From: Phormidesmis sp.
GTDB lineage: Bacteria; Cyanobacteriota; Cyanobacteriia; Leptolyngbyales; Leptolyngbyaceae
Assembly: GCA_965277365.1 (NCBI GenBank)
Contig: CBDICO010000001.1
Span: 192,786-256,785 of the forward strand
Direction of reading: 5' to 3'
Length of the DNA stretch: 64,000 nt
In this document: one piece after another, positions 17,561-26,738 of the stretch
How the letters are laid out: the number at the start of each line of letters is the position of its first letter
How positions within the stretch are numbered: the first letter of the stretch is position 1
Made by a program: the position numbers and the translations under genes
The notes under the pieces: model-generated
What the model was told of the DNA's origin: nothing
What the model saw: only the letters and a program-made list of their open reading frames with translations
Database searches by the model: none

Positions 17561-18001
17561 CTACTGGCACCCAAAAACGGAAACTTGATACGCAGTATTT
17601 CGGTCGCCTGTAATCCGAGTATTAATCTGATAAGGTTGCCGATTCGTCGGCGTTCGAAAAGACTGGTCGTAGCGGTAGAAACGTTTTGCCTCGATTGATC
17701 GCGACACCGCCTTCGCGGATGAACCATCATTGTATTTGAGATTCACTTCGATCCCGTAGTGAGAATTGTTTTCAGGAATTGCTTGAGCGATATAACTATT
17801 AAAATGGGTGCCAGTGGGCACGGCAAAATCTGTGTTTGCGTTGGTGTTGTTTAGAGTAATGACCTTCCGAATCAAGCGCTGATGGGTGGAAACTTCCCTG
17901 AAGTAAGTGCAGCTTCGGGGTTGCGCCTGCGCGGGTTGATACAGCATCACGGCTGCTATAACCATAGAAAGTCCGGCTGGAATGCTTAAAAACTTTTTCA
18001 T
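17561..18001 (-). CDS. Secreted hypothetical protein
   Basis: Signal peptide ending PAQA-QP; beta-rich ~120-aa mature part. Confidence 0.75.
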   Translation of the reverse strand: MKKFLSIPAGLSMVIAAVMLYQPAQAQPRSCTYFREVSTHQRLIRKVITLNNTNANTDFAVPTGTHFNSYIAQAIPENNSHYGIEVNLKYNDGSSAKAVSRSIEAKRFYRYDQSFRTPTNRQPYQINTRITGDRNTAYQVSVFGCQ

Positions 18002-18250
18002 AGCTCTGCGAAACCTCGCTTGTAGGGTGGCTAAAGGCTGAAAGCAGCCTTCTCACAGAGATTAATAGCACAACGCCTGTAGATTTACATCTCCTGTTTT
18101 GAAGGAGGTTCGTTGTCGGTTGATTCCTCAAAGCTTTCTCCAGCTACCCTAATCTGTTTGAGGGGCGCGACTATCCAGTACAACAGGCACTTGTCTCAGT
18201 TCGTTCAAAGGCAAGAAATCGAGTCCCCACTAACTTTTTCAAATCGATCA

Positions 18251-18419
18251 GGGGTGTAATCAGGGTGCGTGAAATTTCGTGCCCTGAGAGCCTGAAACAC
18301 TTAATTCCGCGTATCATGCTTGAAGCATTCTCCTGCAAAGTGATTAATCGTGGAAAGCTCACTCCGTCAAAGGTTCAGCAGTTGGTGGCCCTTTAAAGTA
18401 GTTATCCTGATCACACCCC
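18251..18419. mobile_element. 169-bp MITE-like element with GGGG (Tn3-like) termini
   Basis: GGGGTGTAATCAGG ... CCTGATCACACCCC (13/14 IR); no exact TSD (GATCA/GAATA). Confidence 0.6.
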
Positions 18420-18571
18420 GAATAGGCAACTCGGACATGAAGAAATAATGCGCCAACAGTGTCAGCGGTGCGATGAGATTGAAGCAATTGAGACGGGTGC
18501 AAGGGGAATTAGATGATTGAGGTAGTAGAGATCGGTCTGTTTAGGTTCTCTAATGGGTAAGAACATTACTC

Positions 18572-18600
18572 AAACCTCCCAAGGCTTTGAGAGGTTTTTT
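18572..18600 (+). terminator. Hairpin with T-run
   Basis: AAACCTC...GAGGTTT followed by a T-run. Confidence 0.45.
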
Positions 18601-18875
18601 ATTGTCTATTGGGGGTTGAGTTAAACTCAACCACAAGAAGTAATCGAAACCGATTGAACAATGGTGACATAGCCTTGTCCTCTTGAAAGAGTGATGTGAG
18701 TGCTACAACACTTCACGATCAAGGTCACTTTGGTATGAACGAAAAGCATTCAATGAATTTTTCAAGGCTTTGAATCTTTGCCGCAGAAATTCAAATTCAC
18801 GACCGCTAACTTCCCAGCAAAAAAAGCCACAATCGCTCTCGGTTGTGGCTTTTCATCTCCCATATTTTCCAAAAA

Positions 18876-19091
18876 TCACGCCGCTGGCCTTACAAAATTC
18901 ATCCCTCTAAGTGGCTTGCATCCTTCAAAGCTCATCGCGTCCTCCTCGAGAAACCCTGCAATCATCATCTCAATCACCAGTTCAATCGGATACTCAATCT
19001 GGGCAGCGTAGGCGCGAAGTTCTAGCTGGATTTTTTCAGGCAGTGTATTGAGGATGATCTGGGCGGATTCGGGCGAAAGATGCTCTGTCAT
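18876..19091 (-). CDS. Small RHH/CopG-like protein, paralog 2
   Basis: 71 aa; 28/60 ungapped identity to 19088-19300; 4-nt overlap with it. Confidence 0.75.
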   Translation of the reverse strand: MTEHLSPESAQIILNTLPEKIQLELRAYAAQIEYPIELVIEMMIAGFLEEDAMSFEGCKPLRGMNFVRPAA

Positions 19092-19300
19092 GCTTTTCGT
19101 CCCGGTCTACAGTCAGCAAACCCGATCGCGTTAGGGTCAAGGTATCCCGTGATCGCCATTTCCAAGATCGCTTCAACGGGATAATCTATCTCAGCAGCAC
19201 GAGCGATGATCGCTGCTCTGATTCGCTCTGGTAGCTGTTCCAAGATGACTTGCCCTGCTACTGGAGATAGCTGCTCATACTGGTTGGAGGTTGTTTGCAT
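19088..19300 (-). CDS. Small RHH/CopG-like protein, paralog 1
   Basis: LPERIRAAIIARAAEIDYPVEAILEMAITGYL helix-turn-helix pattern; starts 3 nt after the nuclease stop. Confidence 0.75.
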   Translation of the reverse strand: MQTTSNQYEQLSPVAGQVILEQLPERIRAAIIARAAEIDYPVEAILEMAITGYLDPNAIGFADCRPGRKA

Positions 19301-19303
19301 GGC

Positions 19304-19654
19304 TTACTCCATTGGAATTTGAGCGTTATAGGGCGGTTCTGTGGCTCTCAGAATCATCCCCTCTAGCTCTGATAATAACGCTGGGTTTCCCCACCGACCT
19401 AGAACTTGAAAAATAATTCGCACATCAGCAGGGTTATAAAGATCGAGCCACGCCCAAAGAAAGGCTTTATGACCTCCGTTGAAACGGATGGCGAGATTAT
19501 TCGTTTTCCCGATATACAAAACCCCGTAGGAGCGATGACGAACCGCATAGATGCCGGGGCGACTAGGCAGAGCGTCAAACTCACGGGTAATTTCAATTGC
19601 CTCATCAAAGTCTGAGAAAGCAAGGCAGTTCAATATTTCTGTAGCGTTATTCAT
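19304..19654 (-). CDS. GIY-YIG nuclease
   Basis: PGIYAV...LYIGKTNNLAIRF...ELE...PPYN. Confidence 0.88.
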   Translation of the reverse strand: MNNATEILNCLAFSDFDEAIEITREFDALPSRPGIYAVRHRSYGVLYIGKTNNLAIRFNGGHKAFLWAWLDLYNPADVRIIFQVLGRWGNPALLSELEGMILRATEPPYNAQIPME

Positions 19655-19708
19655 CAGGCTTGGTCTTCTTGCTCAATTCGACTTCCTCCCGTCCTACTGC
19701 CTCAGTTA

Positions 19709-19777
19709 GGGGTGTAATCAGGATAACTGCTTTAAAGGGCGATCAACAGCTGAACCTTTGACTGGGTGCGCTTTTCA
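19709..19777. repeat. Second copy of the GGGG-element end, inverted relative to 18351-18419
   Basis: 60/69 identity to the reverse complement of 18351-18419. Confidence 0.8.
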
Positions 19778-19796
19778 GTTGCGAAGAAACCACATT

Positions 19797-20594
19797 TCAG
19801 GCAGGGTATCGGGCAGTGAACACTTGAAGGACTTCCTGAAATGGTATGGGAAGCAAGGCGAGAACTGGGTGCGAAATCGCCTCTGGCACCCCGCCATAAA
19901 AAGCCTGAGCAATGCCTCCAGCGATGCAAGCGATCGTATCACTATCGCCACCCAGGGAGATGGCGTTGCGAATCGCATCCTCAAAATCCGTGGATTCGAG
20001 AAAGGACACGATCGCCTGGGGCACGGAACCCTGACAAGATACATCAAAGCGATAGCTCGGTCGAAGGTCTGCCAGCGTTCGACTGAGGTCATAGCCAAAG
20101 GTGGTTTCTACATAGGCTTTGATTGCTTGTTTGTCGTGCCCGGTTCGAGCTAGAAAGATTGCTGATGCCGTCGCTTGAGCACCTTTGATGCCTTCAAGAT
20201 GGTTGTGCGTCACTGCCGCACTCTGCTTTGCTGCTGTCAGCACCTGCTCTAAATCGTTGAAGGCAAAGCCGATCGGACTGACTCGCATCGCTGAACCATT
20301 TCCCCAACTATTGTAGGCAGGGGCGAGATCAGAGGCTGCCCAGTTTGCAAAACTGCTGCCGTAGCCTGCGGTCGGGTAACGGCGGTAGTAGTCTCTAAAG
20401 GTTCTGGCGTAGTCGTGGTTGCTTGGTAGGTTCCCCCCGGAGTCATGGTTGAGTAGGACATCTGCACAGGCGATCGTCAGAACGGTATCATCCGTGAACC
20501 GAGAGCCAGGACTCAGAAGGGGAAAGTCTTTGGTTTTGAGGTTGTGCCGTTCGTAAATAGAACCCACTACGTCACCGATAACTGCGCCCAGCAT
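19797..20594 (-). CDS. ADP-ribosylglycohydrolase (DraG/ARH family)
   Basis: GDVVGS, FTDDT, SWGNGSAMRVSP and GGDSDT motifs. Confidence 0.93.
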   Translation of the reverse strand: MLGAVIGDVVGSIYERHNLKTKDFPLLSPGSRFTDDTVLTIACADVLLNHDSGGNLPSNHDYARTFRDYYRRYPTAGYGSSFANWAASDLAPAYNSWGNGSAMRVSPIGFAFNDLEQVLTAAKQSAAVTHNHLEGIKGAQATASAIFLARTGHDKQAIKAYVETTFGYDLSRTLADLRPSYRFDVSCQGSVPQAIVSFLESTDFEDAIRNAISLGGDSDTIACIAGGIAQAFYGGVPEAISHPVLALLPIPFQEVLQVFTARYPA

Positions 20595-20636
20595 AAAAGC
20601 CTCCTCAAACGGGTGAAGGGGATGAACTCTTTGAGT

Positions 20637-20993
20637 CTAATCTTCCGCTTGTTGAGCGGGGGACGCCTCACCCCATTGCTGCTCGATGCGGGCAATCCCC
20701 TTCTCGATGCGGTTCAAGCGGTGGTCCATCTGGTCTAACCGAGTGGAAAGGGCGGTGACCCGAGTGAGATACGCCACGAGCGCCAAGGAAACCTCCTCGC
20801 CGCCGGATTCCTCCCCTTCGGGTTCACCCAATTCTGAGGAGAGATCTGCAAACAGTTCTGGTTGAACAATCGGCTGAATGTGATCCAGCAAGGCTTGCAG
20901 CACCTCGGCGAGCGTGGCTTCTCCACTCTTTAAGTGCTGTTGCCACTCGTCAAGTTCAAACTCAAAGTCTGGCAAGAAAAAGCGGAACGTCAT
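20637..20993 (-). CDS. Acidic hypothetical protein with a C-terminal coiled coil
   Basis: 118-aa ORF ending 42 nt before the ARH start, same strand. Confidence 0.65.
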   Translation of the reverse strand: MTFRFFLPDFEFELDEWQQHLKSGEATLAEVLQALLDHIQPIVQPELFADLSSELGEPEGEESGGEEVSLALVAYLTRVTALSTRLDQMDHRLNRIEKGIARIEQQWGEASPAQQAED

Positions 20994-21063
20994 GATGTTC
21001 TCCGTTAAGAATGAACCGTTGGAGCGATCAAGTCAGACACCGTCAAGACGAAGTGGAAAAGAG

Positions 21064-21895
21064 GGTATTGTCAACTTAACTGGAACGTAGAATAATCGTA
21101 CTGATCCCATTTAGATCGCGACTCCTTGCTCATGTACTCCCGTCACCGCTTTCCTAACGAAATCATTAGCTATTGTGTCTGGCTTTATTACACGTTTCCC
21201 CTGAGCTACCGAGACATCGAGAAAATGATGCGGTATCGGGGGATTGAGGTGACTTACGAAACGATTCGGGAGTGGTGCCAGAAATTCGGGCAGCAGTATG
21301 CCAATCAGCTTCGGCGCAAACGTCCTTACATTACCGATAAATGGCACTTAGATGAAGTGGTCGTGACGATCAAAAAGGTGCAATATTATTTGTGGCGAGC
21401 AGTGGATTCTGAGGGGAACGTGCTGGACGTACTGCTGCAACGGCGGCGAGATACAGAAGCAGCCAAGCGATTCTTCCGCAAACTGTTGAAAAAACAAGGC
21501 TTCGTGCCACGGGTAATCGTCACCGACAAGCTGAAGAGTTACGAAGCGGCGAAGAAACAGGTGATGCCGAACGTAGAGCATCGAGCGCACAAGGGATTGA
21601 ACAATCGAGCGGAGAACTCGCATCAGCCCACACGAGTGCGGGAACGGCGAATGCGACGATTCAAATCCCCGGGGCAAGCGCAACGATTTCTCTCAGCTTT
21701 TGGACCGATTCGAGATCACTTCCACCCGAAACAACATCACCTCACCGCCAAACGCTATCGCGAACAACTGCGCCAACGCTTTCAAGATTGGCGAGAAGTG
21801 GTTTGTCTAAATTCTGCTGCATGAACTGAGTGCCCCTGCCGATTCGGGAATAATTGTGCTGAATTCTGAACAGACCCGGTTAAGTTGACAGTACC
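21064..21895 (+). mobile_element. IS6-family element, apparently intact (transposase 21126-21824)
   Basis: IRs GGTATTGTCAACTTAAC / GTTAAGTTGACAGTACC; WHLDEV, VIVTDKL and NNRAENSHQ motifs; no TSD. Confidence 0.94.
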
Positions 21896-21977
21896 GTTGT
21901 ATTCAAGCAAAGACTAAATTCTTTCAAAGGCTAGAATCCTTAATTGTCAATCATTTCAGCTACACAACGAGAGTTTA

Positions 21978-22109
21978 TCCAGATTTTTTCACCTAGTCTG
22001 CTTTATTTTCCAGATTTTTTCACTTAGTCTGCTTTTAAATTTCACTTAGTCCGCTATCATGAAGTCTGGAAGAGCCATGATTTCGTTCAAAAGTTTTCAC
22101 TTAGTCCGC
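21978..22109. repeat. Four direct copies of TTTCAC(T/C)TAGTC(C/T)GC
   Basis: 27-bp near-identical pair at 21978 and 22009 (31-nt period), plus cores at 22040 and 22095. Confidence 0.8.
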
Positions 22110-22298
22110 GAACTGGAAACATTGCCGTAAATAAACTGCAATCGTTCCTGTTCAAAACATGGCTCGAATTGAGTTCTCTGCTAGAAATAAAATGCGGCGG
22201 CAAACTCTACTCAAAATAGCGTAAAAACCGCTCTGAGAAGGACTTACAACGATTATTAAAAGAGCGATAATAAGAATATTAGAGTCAAGAGAAAACAA

Positions 22299-22655
22299 AT
22301 GAGAATTCAATCGGCAGTGCTAGTACATCTGGGATTTGGTAAGTATGTGCGCTCTGACCAAGTGACGGCTGTCGTTCCGATCGAAGAAGATCGCGGTCCC
22401 GGTCGTTGCACCTTTGTTCAATTAGAAGGACAGACCGATCCGATTATTGCGTCACGGGCAGAAGACTCGATCGTCCGAGATTTGGTGCAAGAGCCGCGTG
22501 AGGTGACTCAATCTCGTCAGCAGCAAGAGATTTTGCGCGACTTGTTTAATGATTTACAGCAAGTGAATAAATCTGTCCGTCGATTCTCTCGTGACGAGGG
22601 AGGACTGGATCTCGATCGCTTAGAGCGCCGCATCCGCGAAGTTATCGAAGAATAA
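22299..22655 (+). CDS. Hypothetical protein, N-terminus RemA/DUF370-like
   Basis: VLVHLGFGKYVRSDQVTAVVP. Confidence 0.6.
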   Translation: MRIQSAVLVHLGFGKYVRSDQVTAVVPIEEDRGPGRCTFVQLEGQTDPIIASRAEDSIVRDLVQEPREVTQSRQQQEILRDLFNDLQQVNKSVRRFSRDEGGLDLDRLERRIREVIEE

Positions 22656-22714
22656 AGTTTTACAGGTTCTAGCAGTGATGCCGGAGCCTGTTTTTCTAAT
22701 AGATTGAGAAAACA

Positions 22715-23275
22715 ATGACTTCTGCAAGCCTAGAAAGCAAATCTCAAACCACGCGAATTCTTGCCATTTCCGGGAGCCTTCGCCAGGTTTCATCCAACAC
22801 GGCTCTGCTTCAGGCGGCGATCGATCTGTCCCCGGCAAATGTTGAGATCAGACTATATGGCGGACTCGGCAACTTGCCACATTTTAATCCTGACCTTGAG
22901 CCAACAGAGCCGCCATCAGTAACTGATTTGCGAAATCAACTGCGCTGGTCAGATGGGTTAATCATCTCAAGTCCAGAATACGCTCACGGCATACCAGGTG
23001 TATTAAAGAATGCGCTGGATTGGTTAGTCAGTGGAGAAGAGTTTGTGGGCAAGCCGATCGCACTGTTCAACGCGTCACCACGAGCCATTCACGCCCAAGC
23101 CTCACTGATTGAGATTGTGACCACGATGGCAGGACGCATTGTTCCTGAAGCGTCAATCACTGTTTCTCTCTTGGGCAGAAATCTGGATGCAGCCGGAATT
23201 GTAGCTGATTTAGAGATATCGAAGGAGCTGCAAAGCGCGATCGCTGCCTTTACGATCGCTATTTCTCAAGCATGA
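22715..23275 (+). CDS. NADPH-dependent FMN reductase
   Basis: ISGSLRQVSSN and SSPEYAHGIPGVLKNALDW motifs. Confidence 0.92.
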   Translation: MTSASLESKSQTTRILAISGSLRQVSSNTALLQAAIDLSPANVEIRLYGGLGNLPHFNPDLEPTEPPSVTDLRNQLRWSDGLIISSPEYAHGIPGVLKNALDWLVSGEEFVGKPIALFNASPRAIHAQASLIEIVTTMAGRIVPEASITVSLLGRNLDAAGIVADLEISKELQSAIAAFTIAISQA

Positions 23276-23348
23276 ACTTTATGGACGCTCGGCAAGTGAT
23301 GTAACATTTAATTCTGCATCTGCCTTTAGAGAGCATTCAAATCAATGA

Positions 23349-24332
23349 ATGACTTCAGTATTTAATGACCAGGCTGCAACTCATTTGGTTGACAACGCTT
23401 CGATGCTTCTGGATCACAATAGAGCGATCGCTGAACAATCTGCTATGAACTGGACAAATTGGATGTATCTGGGGATAGGACTCGCCATCGGCAGATGGAT
23501 CTGGCACGAATCCAACAGCGATCGTGCTCCACGAGTTCCGGCTTCTCCAGCAGTCTCGTCTCGCAATCAGCAGCTTGAGTTGGCGTATCAAATGGCGATC
23601 GAGATGAGCCAGTTTAAGGGAGGCTTTTTGTCGCGCACCTCCCACGAGCTACGATCGCCTCTCAACAGCATTATCGGCGTTCATCAACTGATTTTGGCTG
23701 ACTTGTGCGACAACACGGCTGAGGAACGAGAATTCATTGCTCAGGCACATGAGTCTGCTCTCAAAATGGTGCAAATGTTAGATGAAGTCATCAGCGTTGC
23801 TAGAGTCGAGCAAGGAACCGAGTTACTAGACCTGCAACCTGTTCAACTTGCTGAGATGTTGTCGCAAGTCGAAACTCTGACTCATCTTAAAGCCGAAAAT
23901 CGTAACCTGTGGCTGACAATTCAGCTTCCTGACCCTGAGATTTATGTGTTGGCAGATCCGAGGTGGCTTCGGCAAGTGCTGCTCAACTTGGTGAATGGCG
24001 CGATCGACACGATGCAGCAAGGCAACATTACGCTCTCGGTGCTGTCGGTTGATTCAGCCCACGCTTACGTGTTGCTAGAAGATGAGCGTCCTGTAGAGTT
24101 TTGGCAAGAACCGATCGACTTGTTGAAAACGGGAGCGATCGTCGATGAATCGCTGAAACCAGATTCTTTTAAGCCCAAGGAGCGATCGTCGGAGTTTAAC
24201 CTTCTGTTGAGCCAAACTTTGATGGAAGTCATGAATGGGCGACTGGAGCGATTGACCATTCCTGAATCTGAAGGAACGCTGAGTCGTATTCAGTGCTCGA
24301 TTCCCCTAGTTGCTCTAGAGGTAGAACAATAA
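23349..24332 (+). CDS. Sensor histidine kinase-like protein with a degenerate ATPase domain
   Basis: H-box SHELRSPLNSIIG; G1/G2 boxes not canonical. Confidence 0.8.
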   Translation: MTSVFNDQAATHLVDNASMLLDHNRAIAEQSAMNWTNWMYLGIGLAIGRWIWHESNSDRAPRVPASPAVSSRNQQLELAYQMAIEMSQFKGGFLSRTSHELRSPLNSIIGVHQLILADLCDNTAEEREFIAQAHESALKMVQMLDEVISVARVEQGTELLDLQPVQLAEMLSQVETLTHLKAENRNLWLTIQLPDPEIYVLADPRWLRQVLLNLVNGAIDTMQQGNITLSVLSVDSAHAYVLLEDERPVEFWQEPIDLLKTGAIVDESLKPDSFKPKERSSEFNLLLSQTLMEVMNGRLERLTIPESEGTLSRIQCSIPLVALEVEQ

Positions 24333-24393
24333 GTTCGCAAGATCCGCTAGTCTGGAGGCGTTTTAGAATGGGTTAGCTGTCAATCGATAAAAC

Positions 24394-26121
24394 ATGGATG
24401 CGCTAGTCGGCAAAACGCTTCAGGGTGGTAAATACACCCTAAATGCAGAACTGGGACGCGGTGGCTTTGGCATCACCTTTAAGGCGACTCATCACTATCT
24501 CAATCAGGTGGTGGTGATCAAGACGCTAAATGAAGCGTTGCGGAACGATCGCAATTTCCCAGAGTTTCAGCGCAAGTTTCAAGATGAAGCGCGACGATTG
24601 GCGATGTGCGTCCATCCCAATATTGTGCGGGTCAGCGACTTTTTTTTAGAAGACGGCTTATCGTTCATGGTGATGGATTACATTCCTGGCGCGACGCTGG
24701 AGGAATGGGTCTTCCCCGATCGCCCTTTGCCCGAAGCCACTGCTATTCACTACATTCGGCAAATCGGCTCAGCCTTACAGGTGGTTCATCAAAATGGCTT
24801 GCTGCACCGCGATATTAAGCCTCAAAACATCATTCTGCGAGAAAGAACTCAGCAAGTCGTCTTGATCGATTTTGGGATTTCTCGCGAATTTACGCCCGGT
24901 TCGACCCAGACTCACACCAACATGATTTCGTCGGGATATGCCCCGATCGAGCAATATTTTGCCCAAGAAAAGCGTAGCCCCGCCACCGATGTGTATGGAT
25001 TGGCAGCGACTCTCTATGCACTGCTGACAGCTCAGATTCCGACAGCTTCGATTTTGCGCGAGCGTCAGCCGATGATTGATCCCCGATCGTTGCAGCCTCA
25101 CCTCAGCGCCTCAGTCAATCAAGCGACTATGCAGGGTATGGCGCTGAATGTACGTTATCGTCCCGCGACCGTGGAAGCTTGGCTAAAACTTCTGCCAACA
25201 TCTGAATCGAGGATTTTTGGGATTACATCCCTACCCAACGCAGCCACGGCTCCAGTCGAGCTAGATAGCACTCCTCAAATCCCGATGACTCCTTGGCAGA
25301 CACAAGAACCCACGATTTCCCTGTTGCCATATAAACCCGATCGTCATCCGCCGAGAGAACCTGCGACCAGAACTCAGGCAATCAGGGGTGTCAGCCCTGT
25401 TCGGATTGATCCCGCTCCGCGCAAATCTGGCTTGAAATTAATATTGGGAATGGTGGCTGCCTCTGGTGTGACGCTGACTGCGGTTGCGATCGGGTCATTG
25501 CTATCCAAGCCAAAACCACCAGAAACTCCGGTCGCGATCGTCACCCCTTCACCCTCGATCGTGCCTTCACCCGAATCATCGCCTACGCCCTCAGCGTCGC
25601 CATCTCCAGAAGTGAAAGTCTCGATCGAGCCAACTCCCCCAACCCCAGAGCCGATTCCCTCAAGTCAACCCACCCCGAAGCCCCAAAAAATTACTCAACC
25701 CTCTACTCAAAGTCCCTCTAGAATTCCCGGCTTTCCGACAGGCACTTCTGAGGCTGAAGTGAGAGCGACTCTGGGTGAACCTACCTCGACCATGACAGGC
25801 TATTGGGCAAATACTCGCAGTGCCCTATATGAAGTCATTCCCGACAGCGTAACGTTGGCTTATATCTACGATCGCACCTCTCACCAAGTTCGCCAAACCG
25901 AAGCCTCATTTGCTCCCTCAATGGATGAACTGCGGATGCGCGTCACCGTCAACGGCATGTTGAGAAGCCAAGCTCCAGCAGACGTAATGACAGGGCTGCA
26001 ACACGTCTATCAACGACAATCGAATCAGTACAGCTTTCAGCAAGGCAGCTTAAAAGGCATAATTGAGCGAAATAACCGTGATCGCATCTACGTTGCCGTT
26101 TGGGACGCAGATTTGCATTAG
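24394..26121 (+). CDS. Ser/Thr protein kinase with TM segment, Pro-rich linker and extracellular domain
   Basis: [15 protein letters not shown] and LIDFG motifs. Confidence 0.93.
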   Translation: MDALVGKTLQGGKYTLNAELGRGGFGITFKATHHYLNQVVVIKTLNEALRNDRNFPEFQRKFQDEARRLAMCVHPNIVRVSDFFLEDGLSFMVMDYIPGATLEEWVFPDRPLPEATAIHYIRQIGSALQVVHQNGLLHRDIKPQNIILRERTQQVVLIDFGISREFTPGSTQTHTNMISSGYAPIEQYFAQEKRSPATDVYGLAATLYALLTAQIPTASILRERQPMIDPRSLQPHLSASVNQATMQGMALNVRYRPATVEAWLKLLPTSESRIFGITSLPNAATAPVELDSTPQIPMTPWQTQEPTISLLPYKPDRHPPREPATRTQAIRGVSPVRIDPAPRKSGLKLILGMVAASGVTLTAVAIGSLLSKPKPPETPVAIVTPSPSIVPSPESSPTPSASPSPEVKVSIEPTPPTPEPIPSSQPTPKPQKITQPSTQSPSRIPGFPTGTSEAEVRATLGEPTSTMTGYWANTRSALYEVIPDSVTLAYIYDRTSHQVRQTEASFAPSMDELRMRVTVNGMLRSQAPADVMTGLQHVYQRQSNQYSFQQGSLKGIIERNNRDRIYVAVWDADLH

Positions 26122-26139
26122 TCTTTTAAAAAAGGGAAA

Positions 26140-26160
26140 GGGCAGATAGGCTATCTGCCC
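26140..26160. terminator. Hairpin between convergent genes
   Basis: GGGCAGATA-GGC-TATCTGCCC. Confidence 0.55.
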
Positions 26161-26193
26161 AAAAACTTCAGCGATCGCAATCAGCACAGTGAT

Positions 26194-26502
26194 TTAGTAG
26201 CGACGAGCACCAGGCGCTTCAGTTGCACTGGGATCACGATAAGTGGTTGCTACATCGTCTTGCTTGCTGCGACGACCCAACAGACCAAACAGACCCAACA
26301 AGCCCATCAAACCCCAGTAGCCATTTCTGCCTTCGTCACCGTGGTCGTAATTTTGGGTAGTTGTCGTTGTCCCGGTTGTACCTGTGCTATCCGTACCGGT
26401 CCCTGTCGTACCCGTGCCTGTCTGAGCTAAAGCAGGCAAAACTGACAAAATTAGAGCTACTGTGCTAGCAGCTAAAACCTTAGCAATGGTGTTGTTTTTC
26501 AT
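26194..26502 (-). CDS. WGxxGxxG-family secreted/membrane protein
   Basis: Signal peptide, Thr/Gly linker, YWGLMGLLGLFGLLG. Confidence 0.85.
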   Translation of the reverse strand: MKNNTIAKVLAASTVALILSVLPALAQTGTGTTGTGTDSTGTTGTTTTTQNYDHGDEGRNGYWGLMGLLGLFGLLGRRSKQDDVATTYRDPSATEAPGARRY

Positions 26503-26738
26503 AATTCAGAACCTTTGTGATTAAGTTCTCTTTGAACACCTCAAGATTATGCAGTTCTCCCTTGATTCAAATCATTCTTAGGCTTGATATCCCTTTCTTC
26601 TTTAAGTAGCGGTTTGAGCAACCTCTCGATCGGGATCGTCTGTCTATTGAAAGACTCCTACTCTCGCAAAACATTTCAAAACCGTTACATTACAAGCTTT
26701 GTGAGCGAAAGCGAAGACTCACAGTGATAAGCTGACAA

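Noticed and set aside
22066-22076. GGAAGAGCC matching the end of the 17148 MITE IR
   Set aside because: Only 9 nt match, with no partner IR or TSD.
21978-22109. CACTTAGTC repeats as a second CRISPR array
   Set aside because: The unit is short, spacing is irregular (31, about 21 and about 55 nt), and there are no spacer-length unique segments.
25500-25720. Pro/Ser-rich repeats in the Ser/Thr kinase
   Set aside because: An ordinary low-complexity linker for this kinase family.
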